A DNA stretch of 59,393 nt, the filler included. It is 3 parts of 3 records of this genome, joined end to end, with 100 filler letters (N's around TTAATTAATTAA, not from the genome) between each part and the next. Parts side by side here need not be neighbours in the genome. Positions count along the whole stretch, not along the records: positions 1 to 19,112 come from SRR31156797_8702; 2 more parts are not named here. One strand, written 5' to 3'. Numbering within the stretch: the stretch's first letter is position 1; each line of letters begins with the position of its first letter. The notes under the pieces were generated by a model. It ran no database searches and was not told where the DNA came from. It saw only the letters and a list, made by a program, of their open reading frames with translations. This document shows positions 1-10,103 of this stretch, piece by piece. Made by a program: the position numbers and the translations under genes.

Positions 1-1533
1 GGGATGTTTGCCATTGCCATTTATGACCTGGATAAGAAAACACTGATTTTGGCAAGAGATCATATGGGAATTAAACCGCTTTTTTACTATGAAAGCGCAG
101 GCAGTTTCCTTTTCGGCTCCGAAATCAGAAGTATCACCATGCATCCGTCATTCAAAAAGGAACTCAATACACAATCGGTGGCGGATTTTTTGTCCCTACA
201 ATTTATCCCGAAACCACAGACCATTTATGAAGGGATTTTCAGCCTTCCGCCGGCTTCTTTTCTGGTTATGAAAGACGGCCATGTTTCAGTGCAACCATAT
301 TGGACCATCAATCCCGATCCGTCCGTTAACAACATCAGCCGCGGGGATATTGCAGAGAAAACATCGGCCTTGTTGAAAACATCGGTACAAAGAAGGCTGA
401 TGGCTGATGTTCCCGTGGGAGTGCTTCTCAGCGGCGGGCTAGATTCGAGTGTCATTGCGGCATTAGCCGGTGAAATGACGTGCAACCAATTAAAAACTTT
501 CTCCATTGTATTCAAAGAAAAGTCATTCGACGAAAGTCCCTTTTCCCAACTCATGGCCCGCCATTTGAAAACGGATCACCATGAAGTTGTTTTGGATTCA
601 AATACCATTCTTGATTCAATGGAAAACATATCATACCACCTGGGGGAGCCTTTTTGTGAAGGATCCGCATTTCCAATTTATCATATCTGCAAATATGCCA
701 AAAATTATGTCACGGTCATTCTTTCCGGAGAAGGGGCCGACGAAATATTCTGCGGTTATGAACCCTATACGGCACTGCACCTGTCCAGGTATTATAAAAT
801 GCTTCCCGATCCCGTGCATCGACTTTTTACGTCCACGGTCAATAAGCTGCCGGTTTCTGAAAAAAAAGTCAGCCTGGACTTGAAGCTTAAACGGTTCACC
901 GCCGGGGTCGGGTTCGATCCGCCCAAGGCACACTTCTGGTACCGCTGCAGCATGAATGATGATGAAAAGTATGGGGTGCTTAACAACGATTTCCTTGGAG
1001 GACTGGTTCGGCCGGCTTCTTCGGTATTGTATGAAGATCTATATTCATCCATGGCCTCTGACGACACCTTGAACAAAATAATGGCGACCGATTGTCGCAT
1101 GCATCTGGTTGATGACCTGCTTTTTAGGGCAGATAGAATGAGCATGGCCCATACCATGGAATTGAGAGTCCCTTATTTGGATATTGACCTTGTCAATTTT
1201 GCGTTTTCTTTGTCGTCGAAAAGAAAAATAACCGGTCTGTATAACAAAATACCTTTAAGGGATGCAGTGAAGGGGTTGCTTCCCAACCCCATACGCCGAA
1301 GAGCCAAGAAGGGGTTGAACATGCCCTATCAACAGTGGTTCAAACAGAAAGGGTGGAGGGAGATCCTCCATGATTGCTTGGAAGAAAAAAGTTTGAAATC
1401 TCAAGGTTTTTGGAACGTTGTAGCTGTTCGGGAAATGCTCAACGACCATGTGGCTAAGAAAAAAAATCATGCGCACGCCCTCTGGACAATCATGAATTTG
1501 GTCCTTTGGCTGAAAAACAATGGGATTCAATAG
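1..1533 (+). CDS. asnB: Asparagine synthase (glutamine-hydrolysing) family amidotransferase, 5'-truncated at window edge
   Basis: GMFA...ARDHMGIKPL GATase motifs, LLSGGLDSS PP-loop, SGEGADE, DRMSMAH.ELRVPYLD; frame is open back to base 1. Type often found in polysaccharide clusters. Confidence 0.9.
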   Translation, partial: GMFAIAIYDLDKKTLILARDHMGIKPLFYYESAGSFLFGSEIRSITMHPSFKKELNTQSVADFLSLQFIPKPQTIYEGIFSLPPASFLVMKDGHVSVQPYWTINPDPSVNNISRGDIAEKTSALLKTSVQRRLMADVPVGVLLSGGLDSSVIAALAGEMTCNQLKTFSIVFKEKSFDESPFSQLMARHLKTDHHEVVLDSNTILDSMENISYHLGEPFCEGSAFPIYHICKYAKNYVTVILSGEGADEIFCGYEPYTALHLSRYYKMLPDPVHRLFTSTVNKLPVSEKKVSLDLKLKRFTAGVGFDPPKAHFWYRCSMNDDEKYGVLNNDFLGGLVRPASSVLYEDLYSSMASDDTLNKIMATDCRMHLVDDLLFRADRMSMAHTMELRVPYLDIDLVNFAFSLSSKRKITGLYNKIPLRDAVKGLLPNPIRRRAKKGLNMPYQQWFKQKGWREILHDCLEEKSLKSQGFWNVVAVREMLNDHVAKKKNHAHALWTIMNLVLWLKNNGIQ

Positions 1534-1562
1534 CACCAAAAAATCTTGAATATCAAGAAAGT

Positions 1563-2786
1563 TTATGGAATCGAATATAGATGATACCATTCCGCTCCAG
1601 CCGTCAATATCCATGCCGATAGCCAAAAGGAAACAAAAAGACTCCCCGGCCTTTTTTTGACAATCACATATGCAAGCAGGCCCAACATGTTCAATTCCGC
1701 TGAAAGACGTAGGAAACTTGTGCTGTTGCTCCATACGGCCGTTTTTGTACAGGAGATCAGCAACACATAGCATGCCCAGGAAATCAATAAGAGAAGGGGG
1801 AAATGTCGAATCCAGCGGCAAATGTACATCTGGTATACGACGACAGCAAATAGCATTATGAGATAAAAGCCGGTTTCCGGATTGAGGTGGGTGATGTTTC
1901 CGGTTATGGCACGGATAAATCCCGCCAACGGCAACCCCATCTTGGAGATGTTGTCACCATCCAATAACACCATGGACCAGTTGTTCCAAAGCCAGAATTG
2001 CCATAGAAAAAAAGTCAGCGTGGGGTATAACCAATAGGAAAAATGGGGGGAAAAATGGTTTTTATTGCCGTTTTGGAGGATTTTTCCGCTCAGCCAGGTA
2101 AAGAACCCCGCCGCAACCACCAGGGTCGCGGTTTCTCGGGCCAACACCGCAAAAGACAATAGTATTGCGGCCATGAGGTTTTTTCGATGAACCAGCATGA
2201 GAAGGCTTGAAAGAATCATGAAAAGGGCCAGGGGTTCCGTCAAAAAGCGTCCGGCGGAAACGGAAAACCCCGGATAAAGCGCAAAAAGAAGACCATACCA
2301 ACCGGATATCCCGAGACCGGTCAATAAAAGGCCGGCGACAAAGGCGCATCCTGCGACGGCGCCCAGATTGATGGCCATCATGACAGGAGGCGTAACCTCC
2401 GGACCCCCTCTGGCAATCAGCCATGTGAAAAACGGCAATAAAATCCGTTGCTGACGCACCACGGGCGCATCTAAATTAATCCCAAAAGCTTTCCTTTGGT
2501 CGGTAAATGGGTCAAGGGCCAGCCTGAAATAGAATTGACCGTCGTAGCCGGGTTTGGGGTGGGCATACTTTTGCCATGGAACATCACCGGATTCGGCATG
2601 GGTCATTTCCTGCGAAAATCCGTAGAGCCCATAAAGATGATTCTTCGTCAAAGGGAGTAATAGGGCAATAAAGGAGAGATAGATTACAATGGCAATAATT
2701 GAGACCCATAACGAAATGAAAATATCCGAAATCCGGGGTGGTTTGATGACCGGCTCGAAATTTTGCCCGATCTGCTTTTTTGACAT
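1563..2786 (-). CDS. Polytopic membrane protein, GT-C-like/AZOBR_p60025-type cell-surface glycopolymer formation protein
   Basis: GYDGQFYFRLALDPF...RQQRILLP motif, many TM helices, ARET motif. ATG at 2786 has a GGAGGA RBS, so the longer ORF start at 3002 (overlapping the upstream gene) is rejected. Confidence 0.65.
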   Translation of the reverse strand: MSKKQIGQNFEPVIKPPRISDIFISLWVSIIAIVIYLSFIALLLPLTKNHLYGLYGFSQEMTHAESGDVPWQKYAHPKPGYDGQFYFRLALDPFTDQRKAFGINLDAPVVRQQRILLPFFTWLIARGGPEVTPPVMMAINLGAVAGCAFVAGLLLTGLGISGWYGLLFALYPGFSVSAGRFLTEPLALFMILSSLLMLVHRKNLMAAILLSFAVLARETATLVVAAGFFTWLSGKILQNGNKNHFSPHFSYWLYPTLTFFLWQFWLWNNWSMVLLDGDNISKMGLPLAGFIRAITGNITHLNPETGFYLIMLFAVVVYQMYICRWIRHFPLLLLISWACYVLLISCTKTAVWSNSTSFLRLSAELNMLGLLAYVIVKKRPGSLFVSFWLSAWILTAGAEWYHLYSIP

Positions 2787-2857
2787 TGGAAGATTTCCTC
2801 CACAATCGCTAGGGGCTAAAACTCCCGGATTATTCAAAACAGGAAGAAGCTTAAGTT

Positions 2858-4684
2858 CTAGAGATAATCCCCGGCGTAGCGCCGTACCCCATGGCCGTCC
2901 AGCACGTGAAACTGTCGGATTTTTTTGAGCGTTACCGGAGAAAAGGTCCCCAGGGGCAGGTAGAGTATCTTTTTCCCCAGGCGGGCCGCCATGCTCTGAC
3001 ACCAGCCGGAAGGGGGGGCGGCGGCCAGATAGACCACGTGTTTTTCCAAGCTGTAATCGAGCGCCGCCATGAGCAGTCTTTCCGGCTTGTTCCGGGCCAC
3101 GTCAAAAAAAGAATCCCGCCAGATATCATAGACCCGAAGGGGTGGGTAACTCAGCATGAAGCCCCCGTACTGACACCTGGAAATTCCCGGGCCGTCCATG
3201 ACCTCACCAGCCCTGGTGCTGTAGAAAGCCATGTCCGATTCCTGGCTGTGTTCCCCCAGCCAGGTCACGCGCCAGGGGAAATTTTCATCACCATCCTTGG
3301 AAGAATCAGGATCAAAAATAACCACCACGGAACCCACCTTCCCCTTGAGGGGCCGTTCCGCCCTCACGTACAGCTTTCCGCTGGTCCATTCCCGAATGGT
3401 TTCCCGAATATCGATGCCGTCCTGCATGGAGCAGGAAAAGGGCTCAATACGGACATTTTCCTCGGCCTTGATTTGGAGGGCTTTCTTTTGTAAATAGTGC
3501 CCGTATCCCTCAACGGCCACATCCTCGGGCGGGTAGGAACAGATGGCATTGCCGTTAAATTCCTTCTTCCATTTTTCCGGGCTCCGCCGTTTCCTTTTTT
3601 CCTTGACCGGCACCGGAACAAGCCGTCTGCGCATGGTCTTGAACTGTCGGTGAAAGCGGATCCGCTTTTGGTCCAGAAACAGATCCTCTCCCCTGAGGCG
3701 CAGCACTGAAAGCCCTGGGCCCTTTTCTTTATCAGTGGGCTCCTGCCAGGGATAATCGCTCCCCAGGTCCCACACCTCATAGGCGAAATTGTCATCCACG
3801 GCCCCCCGTGAAGCCACGATGAGCTGGTAAAAATCGGGCACCAGCCTGTGGTTCAAAAGCGCATAGTTCCTGGCGAACTTGTTGAGTATCCGCAACTGGA
3901 TGCGGGAGATTTTTTCCTTGCTGTTTTTCCAGTATTTTTTTTCTGCCGCCTTAAGCAGCGCCATCTGCACCTGAAACCGGTCCGGCCTTTCGCCTTCCGA
4001 GCGGTGCCGCTCGTAGGCAGCCTGCAGAAAAGGCATCTCTCCCATGATTTCACGGCTGGAGTCCCGGTCCAGGTGTGCCAGCCCCACCTTTTCACGTACC
4101 CTTCGGCCAATAACCGGGGCCTGGGGACGATCCAGCATTGAAAGAATTCCATTCACATGGCTTAACCCCCCCACGAAAAGGACTTTTTCCCCGGATTCAG
4201 CCAGCTTTTGGAGGTGATAGGCCATGGTTTTTTCCCGGAGCGTGTCCGCAGCCGATGGTTTGCGATTCCGGTGGATCTCCATGTAAGCACGGCAGTAGGC
4301 GGTGTGCCCGATGCGGGTAATGGCGTAGGAGTCCGGCATGGGTGTGTGATCATGGGGATAGGTTTCCGTATCCCGGTCAATAAAATGAAGGGGAATGCCA
4401 TTGGTAACGGCCAGACGCGCAACCTCCACCTGAGCATCACAAGGTTCCAGGGGAAGGTAGACGAATGCACCGTCGCCTCCCTCATAATGCACCACGGACA
4501 AGAGGGGTAGCCGTTTGATCCCTTGAATGATTCGGGTCTTTAATGTATCCGGGTATTCCACGGCCACATGGTCCGGCCGAAACCATTTAAATACACGCCT
4601 CACCTCCAGAGCAAACTCCACCCGGTTGTGCAGGATGGGAACCATCCGGATGTTGCGCCACCCGATTTCAGCGGTCTTGTTCAA
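2858..4684 (-). CDS. Hypothetical MoxR-partner protein: N-terminal TraB/GumN (TIKI)-like domain plus C-terminal degenerate vWA-like region
   Basis: PILH...PDHVAVEYP...FIDRD...REKTMA...VGGLSH pattern; GIDIRETIR followed by VVVIFDPDSS. The TTG start at 4684 overlaps the MoxR stop; start is uncertain (ORF open to 4726). Confidence 0.6.
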   Translation of the reverse strand: MNKTAEIGWRNIRMVPILHNRVEFALEVRRVFKWFRPDHVAVEYPDTLKTRIIQGIKRLPLLSVVHYEGGDGAFVYLPLEPCDAQVEVARLAVTNGIPLHFIDRDTETYPHDHTPMPDSYAITRIGHTAYCRAYMEIHRNRKPSAADTLREKTMAYHLQKLAESGEKVLFVGGLSHVNGILSMLDRPQAPVIGRRVREKVGLAHLDRDSSREIMGEMPFLQAAYERHRSEGERPDRFQVQMALLKAAEKKYWKNSKEKISRIQLRILNKFARNYALLNHRLVPDFYQLIVASRGAVDDNFAYEVWDLGSDYPWQEPTDKEKGPGLSVLRLRGEDLFLDQKRIRFHRQFKTMRRRLVPVPVKEKRKRRSPEKWKKEFNGNAICSYPPEDVAVEGYGHYLQKKALQIKAEENVRIEPFSCSMQDGIDIRETIREWTSGKLYVRAERPLKGKVGSVVVIFDPDSSKDGDENFPWRVTWLGEHSQESDMAFYSTRAGEVMDGPGISRCQYGGFMLSYPPLRVYDIWRDSFFDVARNKPERLLMAALDYSLEKHVVYLAAAPPSGWCQSMAARLGKKILYLPLGTFSPVTLKKIRQFHVLDGHGVRRYAGDYL

Positions 4685-5525
4685 GGCGATCCACCAGTTG
4701 AGCAAAGAAGTCGGCGGCAGGCGCATCCAGGACCATGGCCGCCGCTTCTTTCAGATATTGGACAATATGGGCCGAGGTCCCTTTCCCGTTTGAAAGCCTT
4801 TTTAAGGCGTATCGCGCCATATTGATACCGTCTCTTACGGAATACCGTTCATTGGCCCGATGGGCCGCCTGAAGGAACTCCACCACATAATGGAGAATCT
4901 CTTCATCCGCAAAGGGGAGATTGCTTTGAAGAATCAGTTTCTCCTCATCTTTTTCCGGAAAATCGATGTGGATCCGGGGCTGGAGCCGGGAATGGATATA
5001 CTCGGGCAGTTCGAAGGTGCTGGCATCGTCGTTCATGGTGGTGCAGAGGCGAAAATCAGGGTGGGCTTGGATCTTGATGCCCGCCACGATGGACTCCACA
5101 TACCGGCGGCTGTCCAGCAGGGGGGCCAGGGACGCCCAGCTTTTTTCACTCATTCGGTTCCCTTCATCAATCACCGCAATACCCCCTTTGATCATGGCCG
5201 CAACCACGGAGCTCGCCACATACTTGATTTTGCCCTGTTCGGAAATGACCGGCGTCACAATCAAATCTTCGGGTCTTGTGTCCATGGTGGATTGAAACAG
5301 ATAAACCGGCCGGTTCAACGTTTTTCCCGCATGGTAGGCCAGGGTGGTTTTTCCCACTCCCGGTTTGCCCACCAGCCTGGGGCTCAGGGGGAGATCTTCT
5401 TCATCGATGACCAGCCAGGCCGCCAGTACCTGGGTGACCAGTTCCCTTTGACCGACCCATCGCATGGGGACCCGGTCGGGTTCACTGAGGTGTAACGCCA
5501 CCCCGTCAATCATCACTTGTTCCAT
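4668..5525 (-). CDS. MoxR-family AAA+ ATPase (AAA_5 type)
   Basis: Walker A GKPGVGKT, Walker B IAVIDEGNR, HPDFRL..TMN sensor I, SRL arginine finger. Confidence 0.88.
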   Translation of the reverse strand: MEQVMIDGVALHLSEPDRVPMRWVGQRELVTQVLAAWLVIDEEDLPLSPRLVGKPGVGKTTLAYHAGKTLNRPVYLFQSTMDTRPEDLIVTPVISEQGKIKYVASSVVAAMIKGGIAVIDEGNRMSEKSWASLAPLLDSRRYVESIVAGIKIQAHPDFRLCTTMNDDASTFELPEYIHSRLQPRIHIDFPEKDEEKLILQSNLPFADEEILHYVVEFLQAAHRANERYSVRDGINMARYALKRLSNGKGTSAHIVQYLKEAAAMVLDAPAADFFAQLVDRLEQDR

Positions 5526-5617
5526 AATGGTTTTGAACCTCCTTGTTTCGAATCGTGCATCCTATTATATTTCATTTTTTTTTGCAAAGGGGGTATATCT
5601 GTGATAAGGATATTTGA

Positions 5618-6214
5618 ATGAAATCAAATCGATGGGATGATCATTATACGGAGAAGGCCAGACGGGAAAAATGGCTCGCGCGCTCCGTATACAAGCTTCA
5701 GGAAATAGATAGAAAATTCAAGCTGATTCATAAAGGCGACCGGGTGTTGGACCTGGGCTGCTTTCCGGGCTCATGGTCCCAATACGCCATTGGTAAAGTA
5801 GGGAAACAGGGGGATGTGGTGGGCATCGACCTGCACGCACCCAAAGCATTCAGCCCTCCCAATTTCAGGTGCATTAAAGGCGATATCGAAACCATTGAGG
5901 TGGAATGGCTGGCCGAGGAGATTCAATCCAGGGATGTGGTGTTAAGCGATCTGGCGCCGCCCACCACCGGCATCCGGGCCACGGATGCAACCAGGTCCAT
6001 GTCTCTGGCGGAAAAGGCGGCCCGGATTGCCCGAGCGCTTTTAAAAAACAGGGGGCACTTTGTATGCAAAATTTTTGAGGGCGAAGATCTGAAAACCTTC
6101 AAATCGAACATTTCGCCTTTTTTCAAGCAGGTCCGGCTCTTCAGGCCGAAAGCCGTCCGAAAGCGGAGTCGGGAGGTTTATCTTGTGGGAACAGGCTTTA
6201 CATCAAAGCCCTGA
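5618..6214 (+). CDS. rlmE: 23S rRNA (uridine2552-2'-O)-methyltransferase
   Basis: DHYTEKAR..KW.ARS.YKL.EI, VLDLGCFPGSWSQ, LSDLAP, CKIF, SREVY. Confidence 0.93.
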   Translation: MKSNRWDDHYTEKARREKWLARSVYKLQEIDRKFKLIHKGDRVLDLGCFPGSWSQYAIGKVGKQGDVVGIDLHAPKAFSPPNFRCIKGDIETIEVEWLAEEIQSRDVVLSDLAPPTTGIRATDATRSMSLAEKAARIARALLKNRGHFVCKIFEGEDLKTFKSNISPFFKQVRLFRPKAVRKRSREVYLVGTGFTSKP

Positions 6215-6265
6215 CAACCGATTTGATCATCGTTCTTCAATGAACCATTATGGAGGAATACACTT

Positions 6266-7012
6266 ATGTCCGGTCATTCAAAATGGAGTACCATCAAGCA
6301 CAAAAAGGGTGCTGCGGATGCCAAGAGAGGCAAAATATTTACCAAACTCATCAAGGAGATCACCGTGGCCGCCCGCATGGGTGGCGGTGATCCCGAGGGC
6401 AATCCCAGGCTACGGACCGCCATCGCCGCCGCAAGAGCGGAGAACATGCCCAAGGATAATATTGAAAGGGGCATCAAAAAAGGGACCGGAGAACTGGAAG
6501 GGGTAAACTATGAAGAGGCCAGCTACGAGGGTTACGCACCGGGCGGTGCGGCGGTTCTGGTGGATTGCCTGACGGACAACAAAAACAGGTCGGTGGCTGA
6601 CATCAAGCACCTTTTTGAGCGACACGGCGGTAACCTGGGAGAACCGGGATGCGTGGCCTGGATATTTGAGCAGAGGGGTTTGATTGTTCTTGAAAAGAAC
6701 AAGGTGGATGAAGAGCAACTCATCGACCTGGCCTTGGAAGCGGGCGCCGAGGATGTTAAAGAAGAAGAGACGGAGTTCGAGGTGGTGACGGCCCCTTCTG
6801 ATTTTGAAACCGTAAAAAAGGCCATTGATGATGCAAATCTTCCCTATACCCTGGCCGAGGTGACCAAGATTCCCAAGAACACGGTTAAAGCGGAGGGCAA
6901 AAAGGCCCAGCAGATGATCAACCTGATGCAGGCACTGGAAGACCATGATGATGTCAACCATGTGTATGCCAATTTTGACATTGCCGACGATGTGATGGAG
7001 GCCATGAGTTGA
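6266..7012 (+). CDS. yebC: YebC/PmpR family protein
   Basis: [29 protein letters not shown]; usual position upstream of ruvC. Confidence 0.96.
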   Translation: MSGHSKWSTIKHKKGAADAKRGKIFTKLIKEITVAARMGGGDPEGNPRLRTAIAAARAENMPKDNIERGIKKGTGELEGVNYEEASYEGYAPGGAAVLVDCLTDNKNRSVADIKHLFERHGGNLGEPGCVAWIFEQRGLIVLEKNKVDEEQLIDLALEAGAEDVKEEETEFEVVTAPSDFETVKKAIDDANLPYTLAEVTKIPKNTVKAEGKKAQQMINLMQALEDHDDVNHVYANFDIADDVMEAMS

Positions 7013-7515
7013 TGCGGGTGCTGGGGGTGGATCCCGGCTCGAGGATTACCGGTTACGGTATTTTGGATGAGAAAAACCGTGAGATCTCTTTCGTTGCGGC
7101 AGGTCTCATCAAACCGCCTGAAAAAATGCCTTTCCCCCGGAAAATTCACACGATTTTTCAAGGGCTCGTGGAGATCGTTGACCGCCATGCGCCCCAAGCG
7201 GTGGCCGTTGAAGACCTGTTTTATGCAAAAAACGCCAGGAGTTCCCTCAAACTGGGACATGCCCGTGGCGCCGCCTTGATTGCCGCGGGCCAGTGTGACA
7301 TCCCGGTTTTTGAATACACACCGCTGGAAATCAAGAAATCGGTGGTGGGATACGGCAGGGCCGACAAAGAACAGGTTCGGTCCATGGTGAATATGATGCT
7401 GCGGCTCACAAAACAGGTACCCCTGGATGCATCCGATGCCCTGGCCGCTGCCATCTGCCACATCAACAGTGCCAGACTGGGAGCCCTCAAACAAAAAAAA
7501 CCCTTGGGAAGATGA
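7012..7515 (+). CDS. ruvC: Holliday junction resolvase
   Basis: VLGVDPG, AVE, GHARG, GYGRADKEQV, DASDALAAAICH. Confidence 0.96.
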   Translation: MRVLGVDPGSRITGYGILDEKNREISFVAAGLIKPPEKMPFPRKIHTIFQGLVEIVDRHAPQAVAVEDLFYAKNARSSLKLGHARGAALIAAGQCDIPVFEYTPLEIKKSVVGYGRADKEQVRSMVNMMLRLTKQVPLDASDALAAAICHINSARLGALKQKKPLGR

Positions 7516-7519
7516 ATAT

Positions 7520-8122
7520 ATGATCTCACACTTGAGCGGCATTCTGTTTGAAAAATCGACCCAGTCCATCATTATCCAAGTGAATGGTGTGGGTTATGAA
7601 ATATTTGTCCCCCTGTCCACCTTTTACGCCCTTCCCGAACACCATGAACCGGTCAGCCTGTATATCCACACCCACGTCAGGGAAGATGCGCTGGTGCTGT
7701 TCGGGTTTTCCACCAAACTTGAAAAAAGCCTCTTTCTCATGTTGGTTTCCGTTTCGGGCATCGGTCCCAAGTTGAGCGCCAATATCCTTTCCGGCATGGG
7801 TGCGGAAGAACTCCTGCGGGCCATTGCCTCGGGAGATGCGGATCGGCTTCGGGCCATTCCGGGAATCGGGAAAAAAACGGCGGAAAGGATTGCCCTGGAA
7901 CTGAAAGATCGGGCGGCCAAGTTTTCCGGCGATTCGGAAATGCCACCCGTGCAGACTCTGGAAACACAGACCGAACAAAGGATGGAAGATACCCTCTCAG
8001 CCCTCATAAACCTGGGCTATTCGGTCAAAATGGCCAGGGCCGCCATTATCAAAGCCAAAAGTCGTGTGACGGATAGAACCCTCGAGGCCCTGATCAAAGA
8101 AAGCCTCAAAATTCTGGCCTGA
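7520..8122 (+). CDS. ruvA: Holliday junction branch migration protein A
   Basis: MISHLSG..., VNGVGYE, HVRED..LFGF, HhH motifs VSGIGPK and [12 protein letters not shown]. Confidence 0.96.
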   Translation: MISHLSGILFEKSTQSIIIQVNGVGYEIFVPLSTFYALPEHHEPVSLYIHTHVREDALVLFGFSTKLEKSLFLMLVSVSGIGPKLSANILSGMGAEELLRAIASGDADRLRAIPGIGKKTAERIALELKDRAAKFSGDSEMPPVQTLETQTEQRMEDTLSALINLGYSVKMARAAIIKAKSRVTDRTLEALIKESLKILA

Positions 8123-8133
8123 TCCTGAATATT

Positions 8134-9162
8134 ATGGAAGAACGCATCATAGACCCGGACCTTCAGCCTGATGAGGTTCCGGCGGAAATCAGCCTCAGGC
8201 CCCGAACCCTTGCGGAATATGTGGGCCAGGAGGAAATGAAACGGAACCTGTCCGTCTTTATTGCCGCCGCCAAGGGGCGCTCCGAAGCCCTGGACCATGT
8301 TCTTTTTCACGGCAGTCCGGGATTGGGGAAGACATCTCTATCCCATATCATCGCAGGTGAACTGGACGTCAACATCCGGAGCACTTCCGGCCCGGTGATC
8401 GAAAAACCGGGGGATCTCGCCGCCATCCTGACCAATCTTCAACCGAAAGACGTCCTCTTTATCGATGAAATCCATCGCCTCAATCATGTGGTGGAAGAAA
8501 TTCTGTACCCGGCCATGGAAGACTATGAGCTGGACATCATCATCGGCCAGGGACCTTCGGCCCGAACCATGAAAATCCCCCTCCCCCCGTTCACCCTGGT
8601 GGGCGCCACCACCCGGGCGGGACTCCTGACACCCCCCTTAAGGGACCGGTTCGGCGTGATCCTCCGTCTCGACTTCTACAAGCCTGAAGATCTCTACAAA
8701 ATCGTTGTGCGCTCCGCCGGCCTTCTTGAGATTCCCACCAAGGATGAAGGGGCCCTTGAAATCGCCAAAAGAGCCCGCGGGACACCCCGTATCGCCAACC
8801 GCCTGTTGCGCCGGGTGCGGGATTTCGCGGAGGTGGAAGCGGATGGCGTCATCACCCGAAAGGTGGCGAGCCGGGCCCTGGACATGCTGGAAGTGGATGA
8901 GCAGGGGCTCGATAAGATGGACCGGTTCATCATGCATACCATTATCGAAAAATTTGATGGGGGACCCATCGGGCTCAGCAGCCTCTGCGCCGCCGTGGGG
9001 GAGGAAAAAGGGACCATCGAGGATGTCTATGAACCGTTCCTGATTCAAAGCGGGTATATCAAACGGACCCCCCAGGGACGGGTGGCCACGCGCCGGGCCT
9101 ATCTTCACCTGCACCTGGAAATCAGGGATGAGACGAAATCTTTGCAGGGAAAACTTTTCTAA
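8134..9162 (+). CDS. ruvB: Holliday junction branch migration DNA helicase
   Basis: [50 protein letters not shown]. Confidence 0.97.
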   Translation: MEERIIDPDLQPDEVPAEISLRPRTLAEYVGQEEMKRNLSVFIAAAKGRSEALDHVLFHGSPGLGKTSLSHIIAGELDVNIRSTSGPVIEKPGDLAAILTNLQPKDVLFIDEIHRLNHVVEEILYPAMEDYELDIIIGQGPSARTMKIPLPPFTLVGATTRAGLLTPPLRDRFGVILRLDFYKPEDLYKIVVRSAGLLEIPTKDEGALEIAKRARGTPRIANRLLRRVRDFAEVEADGVITRKVASRALDMLEVDEQGLDKMDRFIMHTIIEKFDGGPIGLSSLCAAVGEEKGTIEDVYEPFLIQSGYIKRTPQGRVATRRAYLHLHLEIRDETKSLQGKLF

Positions 9163-9304
9163 ATTTTTTAGTTCAAGGTGATCAATTTGTTCAGCTCAAA
9201 GTTGTTCTTCTCTCATCTAATCAACAACTACCAAGTGTCACCTTGAAAGGGCTGGTCATAGCGGGTAAACGATAGAATTTCTAACAAATATAACTCGAAT
9301 TTAC

Positions 9305-9333
9305 TTGACATGGACAGAGTTTTTCACTATAGG
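9305..9333 (+). promoter_or_regulatory. Putative sigma70 promoter for the IPTL-CTERM operon
   Basis: TTGACA (9305-9310), 17-bp spacer, TATAGG (9328-9333), about 50 bp before the ATG at 9384. Confidence 0.55.
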
Positions 9334-9383
9334 CGTAAATTACATTTATAGAACCTTATTCATGAAAATAGGGAGATGCTATA

Positions 9384-10103
9384 ATGGGCAGGGAAAAAGA
9401 TGTAAATTTCGAGGCCGCTTCATTGAGAAAGAAACTGGTCATCTATTCCGCGGCCGCCGGCGCCGCATTGTCCATGGCCAGCCCGGCCAACGCCGCCATT
9501 CGGTATAGCGGTCTCAAGGATATCCCGGTCAACGGCACGAACCCTGAACAATACATCGATCTCAACGGTGACGGGGTAAACGATATTCGTTTTCTCCATC
9601 TGGACACTGCAAATCCAACTTATTATAGCTACCAGGGTGTCCTCATGGGAGGGGCAACAACCGGAAACAGCGTCTTGGGTGCCTACAACTGGTGGATTGA
9701 GCCCTACCGCCTGACGGGAGGAGAAAAAATCTCCGCCGGTGCTCAAGGTTCATGGTACTTATACGGTGCTGCTAACCTCTGGAGCCGTTACAGATACGCC
9801 ACATACGGCTCTTACTTTACGTGGACCTACGGAAATTTCATCAATCAGGCGGGCTATATCGGCGTCCGGTTTGATATCAACGGAAACACCCATTACGGAT
9901 GGATCGCATACGAAGGAAACGGATACATTGAAGGGAGAATCAGCGGGTGGGCCTATGAAGACGTGGCGGATACCGCCATCTCTGCAGGCGATACCTGCAA
10001 CACGCCCATTCCAACATTAAATCAGTGGGGCATTATATTCCTCATGGGCCTGATACTGGTGGAAGGGGCCAGAAGAATCAAGCGCAGCCGTGACAAGGAA
10101 TAG
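9384..10103 (+). CDS. Exported Tyr-rich protein with IPTL-CTERM sorting domain
   Basis: Signal peptide RKKLVIYSAAAGAALSMASPANA; DLNGDGVND loop; YIGVRF..THYGW..WAYE..ISAG core; C-terminal IPTLNQWG + TM helix + basic tail RRIKRSR; 20 Tyr in 239 aa. Confidence 0.85.
   Translation: MGREKDVNFEAASLRKKLVIYSAAAGAALSMASPANAAIRYSGLKDIPVNGTNPEQYIDLNGDGVNDIRFLHLDTANPTYYSYQGVLMGGATTGNSVLGAYNWWIEPYRLTGGEKISAGAQGSWYLYGAANLWSRYRYATYGSYFTWTYGNFINQAGYIGVRFDINGNTHYGWIAYEGNGYIEGRISGWAYEDVADTAISAGDTCNTPIPTLNQWGIIFLMGLILVEGARRIKRSRDKE

Noticed and set aside
2787-3002. N-terminal extensions in the ORF track (also 7427-7519, 36309-36617, 37195-37332, 58222-58269)
   Set aside because: They overlap neighbouring genes or lack an RBS; downstream ATGs with an RBS and family-typical N-termini fit better
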